NCBI GenBank assembly: GCA_002633005.1
Contig: NMRA01000060.1
Coordinates: 907,865 to 971,864, forward strand
Length of the DNA: 64,000 bases
Direction: 5' to 3'
DNA from: Phoronis australis
Lineage: Eukaryota > Animalia > Phoronida
In this document: positions 36,534-48,200 of the stretch, one piece after another
How positions within the stretch are numbered: the first letter of the stretch is position 1
Layout: every line of letters begins with the position of its first letter
Position numbers and translations under genes: made by a program
The notes under the pieces: model-generated
Told to the model about the DNA's origin: nothing
Seen by the model: only the letters and a program-made list of their open reading frames with translations
Databases searched by the model: none

Positions 36534-38267
36534 CTGAAAATAAAGATTACATTACAAAATTGAAAATATGGTTCACGATTTACCGTCGTTATGAGGTCGC
36601 TTCAAACTCTAAAACTACTCCGACCGAGGGGTGTATAATCTTACCCAAGATTTTTTTTCAGAATAACCGGATGAATTCAATGAAAACGCTACAAATGCAG
36701 ATTTGTTTAAAGCCTGAAGATGACGGTATTGTAGCCGGAAGATCTTAAGTGGGCGATTTATGATAGAACCTATGGAATCAAATAAAAAGAAATCCACATG
36801 ACCCGTCACTGAATATTGACCGAAATTTTGCCAGTGGACTCAAATTCACCTCAAACGACACCAACCACCAAAAGACACCCATTGACCTCTTCGTGTATCT
36901 TTGAAACATGCAAAAATTTCAGTTTAAAAATTACCTCATTTGGCAACAGGACTTATCCGTGTAGATATTCGATACAGTGTAGGCAGTATAATATTCATTC
37001 CCCAGTCCAATAATATAATTTTCAAACGAATGAAATTACCCCGACCCTTCGTGGGGACACTCGTTTTTCCGTACCACCTAATTTAATTACCCAAACTTGA
37101 ACTAAGTTATTGGTAACTCATCGTAAGGATGCAGGAAGCTGCAACACAATGACTTGAAATTTGCAGGGTGTGAATAACAGTTACAACACTAAAGGTCCTA
37201 AGTCTAGTCTTCTTTTGATTTTCTTTTATATAAAGGGGACTGTTTTTACTTTCAGGCCAATTATATAAGAATTAACTTACAAAGGCAGGTTTTTGGGTGC
37301 ACACGAATCCAGAAAATTTGTGTCCTAAATAATTGATGCAGTCAGGATTCTTTCCGTGTGGCCGCTCAAGCGTTTAGACTAAAACGCTGAACTAACTACA
37401 TAACTCTTAGCCCAGAAAAAAATCACAAATAAGAGACGATTTTGTACAATAATCTGTAGGTATATAGGCGGCTAATGATTAGATTACTACATATGTAAAT
37501 ATCGGAATAATGGATTAGTTTGCCAGGTATTTTCCTTAGAAAAATACAATCTCCATCACTACTGCGGCGCCCCAGGTTCGCCAGTGACTGCAGTTTCATG
37601 GATGTGCAAATAATACTCAGTCTTTAATATGCAACACTACAATCATACGTTTGTCAATTTTCAAATGAAGCAACTCACCTCGCTAACGTTAATGAGGATG
37701 TTTCACTGGCCCTCTAATTGTGAGAACGATTGAACTGCGAATCTTCTTGAAGGGTACCCGGTTCAACACTGCCTCAATCCGGTTTCCCAAGCATTTTATA
37801 CCAGAGCGCCCACACGTAACACTTCTTACTGAACGAATTGCTCTTAAAACTGACCTAGATGATGTAAAATATTTAGTTAGGCGAGTTTGTTTACACCAAA
37901 CGTCCACTATATATAACTCAGTTCCAAATGATGTTATTCGATATCACCCGCTCCGAATATCGGTAACAAAACACAGCCATTTGTTGAAAGCTACGGCGTA
38001 TGAATGTAGTCAATGCTGTGTTTACCAAGCAATTAAGTGCATGCTTGAGGATTAGTATACGTATCATACGTATTTGTCTCTGTAGAGATTTGCCAATTCC
38101 TGGATCAACATTATTTGAGGCCAATAAATTATAAAACAATATAAATATTTTCAGCGGAATTTGTTCTATAACAGGTTAAACTAATGACAACGATAAATGC
38201 TACAATTTTAGACAAAAAACCGATCTCTGGTCTGAACACTCCGTAACAGGATATCTTTCGGTGATAC

Positions 38268-38401
38268 AGGGTTAGAGTTAGGGATAGGGTTAGGGTTAGG
38301 TTAGGCGTAGGCTTAGGGTTAGGGTTAGGGTTAGGGTTAGGCTTAGGGTTAGGCTTAGGGTTAGGGTTAGGGTTAGGGTTAGGGTTAGGGTTAGGGTTAG
38401 G
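38268..38401 (+). repeat. Telomeric (TTAGGG)n tract with degenerate proximal units (TTAGAG, ATAGGG, TTAGG, TTAGGC, GTAGGC), running into a gap
   Basis: About 22 hexamers, G-rich strand on +, becoming pure TTAGGG toward the gap at 38402. Confidence 0.92.
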
Positions 38402-39242
38402 NNNNNNNNNNNNNNNNNNNNNNNNNNNNNNNNNNNNNNNNNNNNNNNNNNNNNNNNNNNNNNNNNNNNNNNNNNNNNNNNNNNNNNNNNNNNNNNNNNN
38501 NNNNNNNNNNNNNNNNNNNNNNNNNNNNNNNNNNNNNNNNNNNNNNNNNNNNNNNNNNNNNNNNNNNNNNNNNNNNNNNNNNNNNNNNNNNNNNNNNNNN
38601 NNNNNNNNNNNNNNNNNNNNNNNNNNNNNNNNNNNNNNNNNNNNNNNNNNNNNNNNNNNNNNNNNNNNNNNNNNNNNNNNNNNNNNNNNNNNNNNNNNNN
38701 NNNNNNNNNNNNNNNNNNNNNNNNNNNNNNNNNNNNNNNNNNNNNNNNNNNNNNNNNNNNNNNNNNNNNNNNNNNNNNNNNNNNNNNNNNNNNNNNNNNN
38801 NNNNNNNNNNNNNNNNNNNNNNNNNNNNNNNNNNNNNNNNNNNNNNNNNNNNNNNNNNNNNNNNNNNNNNNNNNNNNNNNNNNNNNNNNNNNNNNNNNNN
38901 NNNNNNNNNNNNNNNNNNNNNNNNNNNNNNNNNNNNNNNNNNNNNNNNNNNNNNNNNNNNNNNNNNNNNNNNNNNNNNNNNNNNNNNNNNNNNNNNNNNN
39001 NNNNNNNNNNNNNNNNNNNNNNNNNNNNNNNNNNNNNNNNNNNNNNNNNNNNNNNNNNNNNNNNNNNNNNNNNNNNNNNNNNNNNNNNNNNNNNNNNNNN
39101 NNNNNNNNNNNNNNNNNNNNNNNNNNNNNNNNNNNNNNNNNNNNNNNNNNNNNNNNNNNNNNNNNNNNNNNNNNNNNNNNNNNNNNNNNNNNNNNNNNNN
39201 NNNNNNNNNNNNNNNNNNNNNNNNNNNNNNNNNNNNNNNNNN

Positions 39243-42200
39243 NGCTATGGCTAGCTGTAGCTAGCTATGACTAACACGGGATAGCTCTGGCTAAATATCG
39301 CGAGCTTTGGCTAGCTATGGCTAGCTCCGGATAGCTCTGGCTACTTCTGGGTAGCTATGGATAGCTATGGCTAGATATGGATGGCTCCGGCTAACTATGG
39401 CTAGCTATGGATGGCTATGGCTAGCAGTAACTAGCTATGGCTAACACTGGATGGCTCTGGCTAGCTATGGCAAGCTATGAATGGCTATGGCTAGCAATGG
39501 CTAGCTATGGCTACCTCCGGATAGCTCTGGCTAGTTTTGGGTAGCTATCGCTAGCTATGGCAAGCTATGGATGGCTATGGCTAGCTCCGGATAGCTCTGG
39601 CTAGTTTTGGGTAGCTATGGCTAGCTATGGCTAGCTATGGCTAGATATGAATTGCTATGGCCAGCTATGGCTAGCGATGGCTAACTCTGGGGAGCTCTTG
39701 GTAGTTCTGGCTAGTTATGGCTAGCTATGGATGGCTATGGCTAGCTGTAGCTAGCTATGACTAACACTGGATAGCTCTGGCTAACTCTGGCGAGCTTTGG
39801 CTAGCTATGGCTAGCAATGGATGGCTATGGCTAGCCATGGCTAGCTATGGCTAGCTATGGATGGCAATGGCTAGCTATGGCTAGCTCTGGATAGCTCTGG
39901 CGAGCTCTGGCTAGCTCTGGCTAGCCCTGGCTAGCTCTGGTTGGCTATGGCTAGCTATGGATGGCTATGGCTAGCTATGGCTTGCTCTGGCTAGATCTGG
40001 ATAGCTCTGGCTAGCTCTGGCTAGCTATGGCTAGCTAGGGATAGCTTTGGCTAGCTATGGCTAGCTCTGGATAGCTCTGGCTAGTTCTGGCTAGTTCTGG
40101 CTAGCTAAGTAGCTATACCTAGCTATGGATGGCTATGGCTAGCTATGGCGAGCAATAACTAGCTCTGGATAGCTCTGGCAAGCTCTGGCCAGCTCTGACT
40201 AGCTCTCGCTACCTATGGCTAGCTATGGCTAGCCATGGATAGCTCTGGCTACCTTTGGCTAGTACTGGATAGCTCTGGCTAGCTCTGGCTAGCTATGGCC
40301 AGGTATGGATGGCTATGGCTAGGTATGGCTAGCTCTGGATAGCTCTGGCTAGCTCTGGCTAGCTCTGGCTAGCTCTGGCTAACGCTGGGTTGCTCTGGCT
40401 AGCTATGGCTAGCTATGGCTAGCTTTAGCTAGCTCTGGCTAGGTATGGCAAACTTTGGCTAGCCATGGCTAGCTCTGAGTAGCTCTGGCTAGTTCTGGCT
40501 AGCTATGGCTAGCTTTGGCTCGCTCTGGCAAGCTCTGGCTCGCTCTGGCTAGCTATTGCGAGCTATGGACAGCTATGGCTAGCTAGGCCTAGCTATGGCT
40601 AGCTATGGCTAGCTATGGCCAGCTCTGGCTAGCTCTGGTTACCTCTGGTTAGCTCTGAGTAGCTGTGGCTACCTTTGGATACCTATGGCTAGCTTTGGCT
40701 GGCTATGACTCGCTCTGGGTAGCTCCTGCTATCAAAGGCTAGCTATGGGCAGCTAGGGCTAGCTATGGCTAGCTCTCGCTAGGTATGGCTAGATATGGCT
40801 ATCTATGGACAGTTATGGCTTGCTAGGGTAACTTATGGCTAGCTCTGGCTAGATTTGGATAGCTATGGCTAGCTATGGCTCGCTCTGGCTAGCTATTGCT
40901 AGCTGTGGACAGCAATGGCTAGCTAGGCCTAGCTATGGCTAGCTATGGCCAGCTATGGCTAGCTCTGGTTACCTCTGGCTTGCTCTGGCTAGCTCTGGCT
41001 AGCTGTGGCTACCTATTGATACCTATGTTTAGCTATGCCTGGCTATGGCTCGCTCTGGCTAGCTATGGATAGCTATGTGAAGCTATGGATAGCTATGGCT
41101 ATGTAGGGCAAGGTGTGGCTAGCTCAGGCTATCTCTGGCTAGCTCTGGCTAGCTCTGCCTAGCTATGGCTAGCTCTGGCTATCTATGGCTATCTACTGCT
41201 AGCTATGGTTAACTCTGGCTATCTCTGGGTAGCTATGGCTAGCTATGGATAGATATGGCTAGCTAGGGCTAGCCAGGGCTAGCTTTTTATAGCCCTGGCT
41301 AGCTCTGGCTAGCTCTTGCTAGCTATGGCTTGCTATAGCTAACTATGGCTAGCTATTAAAAGCTCTGACTAGCTATGGCTTGCTTTGGCTCCCTCTGGCT
41401 CGCTCTGGATAGCTATCACTAACTATGGCTAGCTATGTAAAGCTAGGGCTGGCTAGGGCTATCTATGGCTAGTTGTGGCTAGCTATGGCTAGCTATGGAT
41501 GGCTATGGCTACCTATGGCTAGCTATGACTAGCACTGGATAGCTCTGACTAGCTCTGGCGAGTTTTGGCTAGCTATGGCTAGCTATGGATGGCTAAGGCT
41601 AGCTATGGCTAGCTCAGGATAGCTCTGGCTACTTCTGGCTAGCTATGGCTAGCTATGAATGGCTTTGGCTAGCTATGGCTAGCTATGGCGAACTCTGGAT
41701 AGCTCTGGCTAGTTCTGGCTAGCTATGGCTAGCTATGGATGGCTTTGGCTACCTATGGCTTGCTATGGCTAACATTTGATAGCTCTGGCTAGCTCTGGCT
41801 AGTTATGGATGGCTATGGCTAGCTATGGATAGCTTTGGTTAGCTATGGCTTGCTCTGGCTAGCTCTAGCTAGCTACAGATAGCTATGGCTAGCTATGGAT
41901 GGCTATGGCTAGCTATGGCTAGCTATGGCTAACACTGGGTAGCTCTGGCTAGCTCTGGCTAGCTATGGCAAGCTATGGATGGCTATGGCCAGCTATGGCT
42001 AGCTCCGGATAGTTCTGGCTAGCTCTGGCTAGCTCTGGCTAGCTCTGGCTAGCCCTGGCTAGCTCTTGTTGGCTCTGGCTAGCTATGACTAGCTATGGCT
42101 AGCTATGGCTAGCTATGGCTAGCAATGGCTATTTTTGTATAGCTCTGGCTAGCTCTGGCTACTTCTGGCTAGCTATGGCTAGCTATGAATGGCTTTGGCT

Positions 42201-45200
42201 AGCTATGGCTAGCTATGGCGAACTCTGGATAGCTCTGGTAAGTTCTGGCTAGCTATGGCTAGCTATGGATGGCTTTGGCTTGCTATGGCTAGCTATGGCT
42301 AACTCTGGATAGCTCTGGCTAGCTATGGCTAGGTGGGGCTAGCTATGGCTTGCTATGGATAGCTTTGGTTAGCTATGGCTTGCTCTGGCTAGCTCCAGCT
42401 AGCTTCGGATAGCTATGGCTAACTCTAGCTAGCTCTGGCTAGTTTTGGTTAAGTATGGATAGCTCTGGATAGCTCTGGCTAGCTCTGGCTAGCTCTGGCT
42501 AGCTCTGGCTAGCTCTGGTTAGCTCTGGTTAGCTCTGGGTAGCTATTGCTAGCTATGGACTGCTATGGCTAGCTAGGCCTAGCTATGGCTAGCTCTGGCT
42601 AGCTATGGCTAGCTAAGGCCAGCTATGGCTAGCTCTGGTTACCTCTGGTTAGCTCTGAGTAGCTCTGGCTAGCTATGGCTAGCTATGGCAAGCAATGTAT
42701 GGCTTTGGCTAGCTATGGCTTGCTATGGCTAACACTTGATAGCTCTGGCTAGCTCTGGCTAGTTATGGATGGCTATGGCTAGCTCTGGCTAGCTATGGCT
42801 AACTCTGGATAGCTCTGGTTAGCTGTGGCTAGCTACGGCCTGCTCTGGCTAGCTATGGCTTCCTCTGGCTAGCTATGGCCAGCTCGGGATAGCTGTGGGT
42901 AGTTCTGGGTAGCTATGGCTAGCTATGGATGGCTATGGTTAGCTTTGGCTAGCTATGGCTTACTCGGGAAGGATCTGGGTAGCTCTGGCTAGCTATGGCT
43001 AGCTATGACCAGCTCTGGATAGCTCTGGCTAGCTTTGGCTAGCTCTGGCTAGCTATGGCAACCTTTGGCTAGCTATGGCTAGCTCTGGACAGCTCTGGAA
43101 ATTCTGGGTAGCTATGGCTAGCTTTGGCTAGCTTAGGATTGCCATGGCTAGCTATGGCTAGCTATGGCAAGCTTAGGATGGCTATGGATGGCTATGGCTA
43201 GCTATGGCTAGCTATGGCTAGCTATGGCTAGTTATGGCTAGCTCTGGCTAGTTCTGGCTAGCTATCGCTAGCTATGAAAAGCTATGGATGGCTATGGCTA
43301 GCTATGGCTAACTCTCGATAGCTCTTGCTAGTTCTGGCTAGATATGGCTAGCTCTGGATAGCTCTGGTTAGCTTTGGCTAGCTAAGGCTAGCTCTGGCTA
43401 GCTATGGCTAGCTCTTACTAGCTATGGCCAGCTCGGGATAGCTCTTGCTAGTTCTGGCTATCTATGGCTAGCTCCGGGTAGCTCTGCATATTTCAGGCTA
43501 GCTATGGCTAGCTATGGCTACATATGGATGGCAATGGCTAGCTATGGCTAGCTATGGATAACTCTGGATAACTCATGCTATTTCTGGCTAGCTATGGCTA
43601 GCTATGGATGGCTATGGCTACCTATGGCTAGCTATGACTAGCACTGGATAGCTCTGACTAGCTCTGCCGAGTTTTGGCTAGCCATGGCTAGCTATAGATG
43701 GCTATGGCTAGCTATGGCTAGCTATGGCTAACTCTGCATAGCTCTGGCTAGCTCTGGCTATATATGGCTAGCTATGGCAAGCTATGTATGGCTATGGCTA
43801 GCTATGGCTAGTTCCAGATAGCTCTGGCTACTTCTGGCTAGCTATGGCTAGCTATGAATGGCTTTGGCTAGCTATGGCTAGATATGGCGAACTCTGGATA
43901 GCTCTGGCTAGTTTTGGCTAGCTATGGATGGCTTTGGCGTGCTATGGCTAGCTATGGCTAACTCTGGATAGCTCTGGCTAGCTATGGCTAGGTGGGGCTA
44001 GCTATGGCTAGCTATGGATAGCTTTGGTTAGCTATGGCTTGCTCTGGCTAGTTTTTGTTAAGTATGGATAGCTCTGGATAGCTTTGGATAGCTCTGGCTA
44101 GCTCTGGCTAGCTCTGGTTAGCTCTGGGTAGCTATGGCTAGCTATGGATAGCTATGGCTAGTTATGGATGGCTATGGCTAGCTATGGCTAGCTCTGGCTA
44201 ACACTGGATAGCTCTGGCTAGCTCTGGCTAGCTATGGCAAGCTATGGATGGCTATGGCTAGCTATGGCTAGCTCCGGATAGTTCTGGCTAGCTATGTATA
44301 GCTATGGCTAACTCTGGATAGCTCTTGCTTGTTCTGGCTAGCTATGGCTAGCTATGGATGGCTATGGCTAGCTATGGCTAGCTATGACTAACACTGGATA
44401 GCTCTGCCTAGCTCTGGCTAGCTATGGCTAGCTCTGGATAGCTCTGGCTAGTTCTTGCTAGTTCTGGCTAGCTAAGTAGCTATACCTAGCTCTGGCTACC
44501 TATGGCTAGCTATGGCTAGCCAAGGATAGCTCTGGCTAGCTTTGGCTAGCTCTGGATAGCTCTGGCTAGTTCTGGCTAGCTCTGGCTAGCTCTGGCTAGC
44601 TCTGGCTAACGCTGGGTAGCTCTGGCTAGCTGTGGCTAGCTATGGCTAGCTCTGGCTAGCTCGGGCTAGCTCTGGCTAGCTTTGGGTAGCTCTTGCTAGC
44701 TATGGCTAGCTATGGATGGCTATGGCTAGCTATGGATGGCTATGGCTAGCTATGGCTAGCTATGGCTAACACTAGATCGCTCTGGCTAGCTATGACAAGC
44801 TATGGATGGCTATGGCTAGCTATGGCTAGCTATGGCTAGCTATGGCTAGCTATGGCTAGCTATGGCTAGCTATGGCTAGCTCCGGATAGCTCTGGTTGGT
44901 TCTGGGTAGCTATGGTTGGCTATGGCAAGCTATGGATGGCTATGGCTAGCTATGGCTAGCTATGGCTCGCTCCGGATAGCTCTGGCTAGTTCTGGGTAGC
45001 TATGGATAGCTATGGCTAGATATGGATGGCTACGGCTAACTATGGCTAGCTATGGATGGCTATGGCTAGCGATGGCTAGCTATGGCTAACACTGAATGGC
45101 TCTGGCTAGCTATGGCAAGCTATGGATATCTATGGCTAGCAATGGCTAGCTATGGCAAGCTATGGATCGCTATGGCTAGCTCCGGATACCTCTGGCTAGT

Positions 45201-48200
45201 TCTGGGTAGCTATGGCTAGCTATGGCTAGATATGAATGGCTATGGCTAGCTATGGCTAGCGATGGCTAACTCTGGAGAGCTCTTGGTATTTCTGGCTAGT
45301 TATGGTTAGCTATAGATGGCTATGGCTAGCTGTAGCTAGCTATGACTAACTCTGGATAGCTCTGGCTAACTCTGGCGAGCTTTGGCTAGCTATGGCTAGC
45401 TCTGGATAGCTCTAGCAAAATCTGGCTAGTTATGGCTAGCTATAGCTAGCAATGGATGGCTATGACTAGCTATGGCTAGCTATGGATGGCTATGGCTAGC
45501 TATGGCTAGCTATGGCTAACACTGGATGGCTCTGGCTAGCTATGGCAAGCTATGGATAGCTATGGCTAGCTGTGGCTAGAAATGGCTAGCTCCGAATTGC
45601 TCTGGCTAGTTCTGGGTAGCTATGCCTAGCTATGGCAAGCTATGGATGGCTATGGCTAGCTATGGCTAGCTATGGGTTGCTATGGCTAGCTCCGGATAGC
45701 TCTGCCTAGTTCTGGGTAGCTATGGCTAGATATGGATGGCTATGGCTAGCGATGGCTAACTCTGGAGAGCTCTTGCTATTTCTGGCTAGCTATGGCTAGC
45801 TATGGATGGCTATGGCTAGCTGTAGCTAGCTATGACTAACACTGGATAGCTCTGGCTAACTCTGGTGAGCTTTGGCTAGCTATGGCTAGCTCTGGATAGC
45901 TCTGGCAAGTTCTGGCTAGCTATGGCTTGCTATGGCTAGCAATGGATGGCTATGGCTAGCTATGGCTAGCTATGGCTAGCTATGGCTAGCTATGGCTAGC
46001 TCTGGAAAGCTCTGGCGAGCTCTGGCTAGCTCTGGCTAGCTCTGGCTAGCCCTGGCTAGCTCAGGTTGGCTCTGGCTAGCTATGGCTAGCTATGGCTAGC
46101 TATGGCTAGCAATGGCTAGCTATGGCTAGCTATGGCTAGCTATGGCTAGCTATGGCTAGCTCTGGAAAGCTCTGGCGAGCTCTGGCGAGCTCTGGCTAGC
46201 TCTGGCTAGCTCTGGCTAGCCCTGGCTAGCTCAGGTTGGCTCTGGCTAGCTATGGCTAGCTATGGCTAGCAATGGCTAAATTTGTTTAGCTCTGGCTAGC
46301 TCTGGCTAACTATGGCTAGCTATGGATGGCTATGGCTAGCTATGGATGGCTATGGCTAGCTATGGCTAGCTCTGGCTAGATCTGGATAGCTCTGGCTAGC
46401 TCTGGCTAGCTATGGCTAGCTGTGGATAGCTGTGGCTAGTTCTGGCTAGTTTTGGCTAGCTAAGTAGGTATACCTAGCTATGGATGGCTATGGCTAGCTA
46501 TGGCGAGCTATAACTAGCTCTGGATAGCTCTGGCAAGCTCTGGCCAGATCTGACTAGCTCTGGTTAGCTCTGGCTACCTATGGCTAGCTATGGCTAGCCA
46601 AGGATAGCTCTGGCTAGCTTTGGCTAGCTCTGGATTGCTCTGGCTAGCTCTGGCTAGCTATGGCTAGCTATGGATGGCTATGGCTAGCTATGGCTAGCTA
46701 TGGCTAGCTCTGGATAGCTCTGGCTAGCTCTGGCTAACGCTGGGTAGCTCTGGCTAGCTATGGCTAGCTATGGCTAGCAATGGCTAGCTATGGCTAGCTA
46801 TGGCTAGCTATGGCTAGCTCTGGATAGCTCTGGCAAGCTCTGGCTAGCTCTGGCTAGCCTTGGCTAGCTCAGGTTAGCTCTGGCTAGCTATGGGTAGCTA
46901 TGGCTAGCTATGGCTAGCAATGGCTAAATCTGAGTAGCTCTGGCTAGCTCTGGCTAGCTTTAGCTAGCTCTGGCTAGCTATGGCAAACTTTGGCTAGCCA
47001 TGGATAGCTCTGAGTAGCTCTGGTTAGTTCTGGCTAGCTATGGCTATCTTTGGCTCGCTCTGGCAAGCTCTGGCTCGCACTGGCTAGCTATTGCTAGCTA
47101 TGGACAGCTATGGCTAGCTAGGCCTAGCTATGGCTAGCTATGGCTAGCTATGGCCAGCTATGGCTAGCTCTGGTTACCTCTGGCTAGCTCTGAGTAGTTG
47201 TGGCTACCTTTGGATACCTATGGCTAGCTTTGGCTGGCTATAGCTCGCTCTGGTAGCTCGGGCTATCTAAGGTTAGCTATGGGTAGCTAGGGCTAGCTAT
47301 GGCTAGCTATGGCTAGCTATGGCTAGCTCTGGCTAGCTCTGGCTAGGTATGGCTAGATATGGCTATCTATGGACAGTTATGGCTTGCTAGGGTAACTTAT
47401 GGCTAGCTCTGGCTAGATTTGGATAGCTATGGCTAGCTAGGGCTCGCTCTGGCTAGCTCAGGCTCGCTCTGGCTAGCTATTGCTAGCTGTGGACAGCAAT
47501 GGCTAGCTAGGCCTAGCTATGGCTAGCTATGGCCAGCTATGGCTAGCTCTGGTTACGTCTGGCTAGCTCTGGCTAGCTCTGGGTAGCTGTGGCTACCTAT
47601 TGATACATATGGCTAGCTATGCCTGGCTATGGCTCGCTCTGGCTAGCTATGGATAGCTATGTGAAGCTATGGATAGCTATGGCTATATAGGGCAAGGTGT
47701 GGCTAGCTCTGCCTAGCTATGGCTAGCTCTGGCTATCTATGGCTATCTACTGCTAGCTATGGCTACCTCTGGCTAGCTCTGGCTAGATCTTACTAGCTTT
47801 TTCTAGCCCTGGCTAGCTCTGGCTAGATCTTGCTAGCTATAGCTAGCTATTAAAATCTCTGACTAGCTATGGCTTGCTACGGCTCCCTCTGGCTCGCTCT
47901 GGATAGCTATCACTAACTATGGCTAGCTATGTAAAGCTAGGGCTGGCTAGGGCTAGCTATGGCTAGTTGTGGCTAGCTTTGGCTAGCTATGGTAAGCTCT
48001 GGCTGGCGATAGCTTGCTATGTCTCGCTCTGGGTAGCTCTGGCTAACTCTGGCTAACTGCGTCTAGCTGTGGGTAGCTGTGGGTAGCTCTGGCTAGCTCT
48101 GGCTAGCTCTAGCTAGCTCTGGCTAGCTATGGCAATTTTTAGCTAGCTAAAACTAGCTCCGGATAGCTCTGGCTAGTTCTGGCTAGCTATGTATAGCTAT

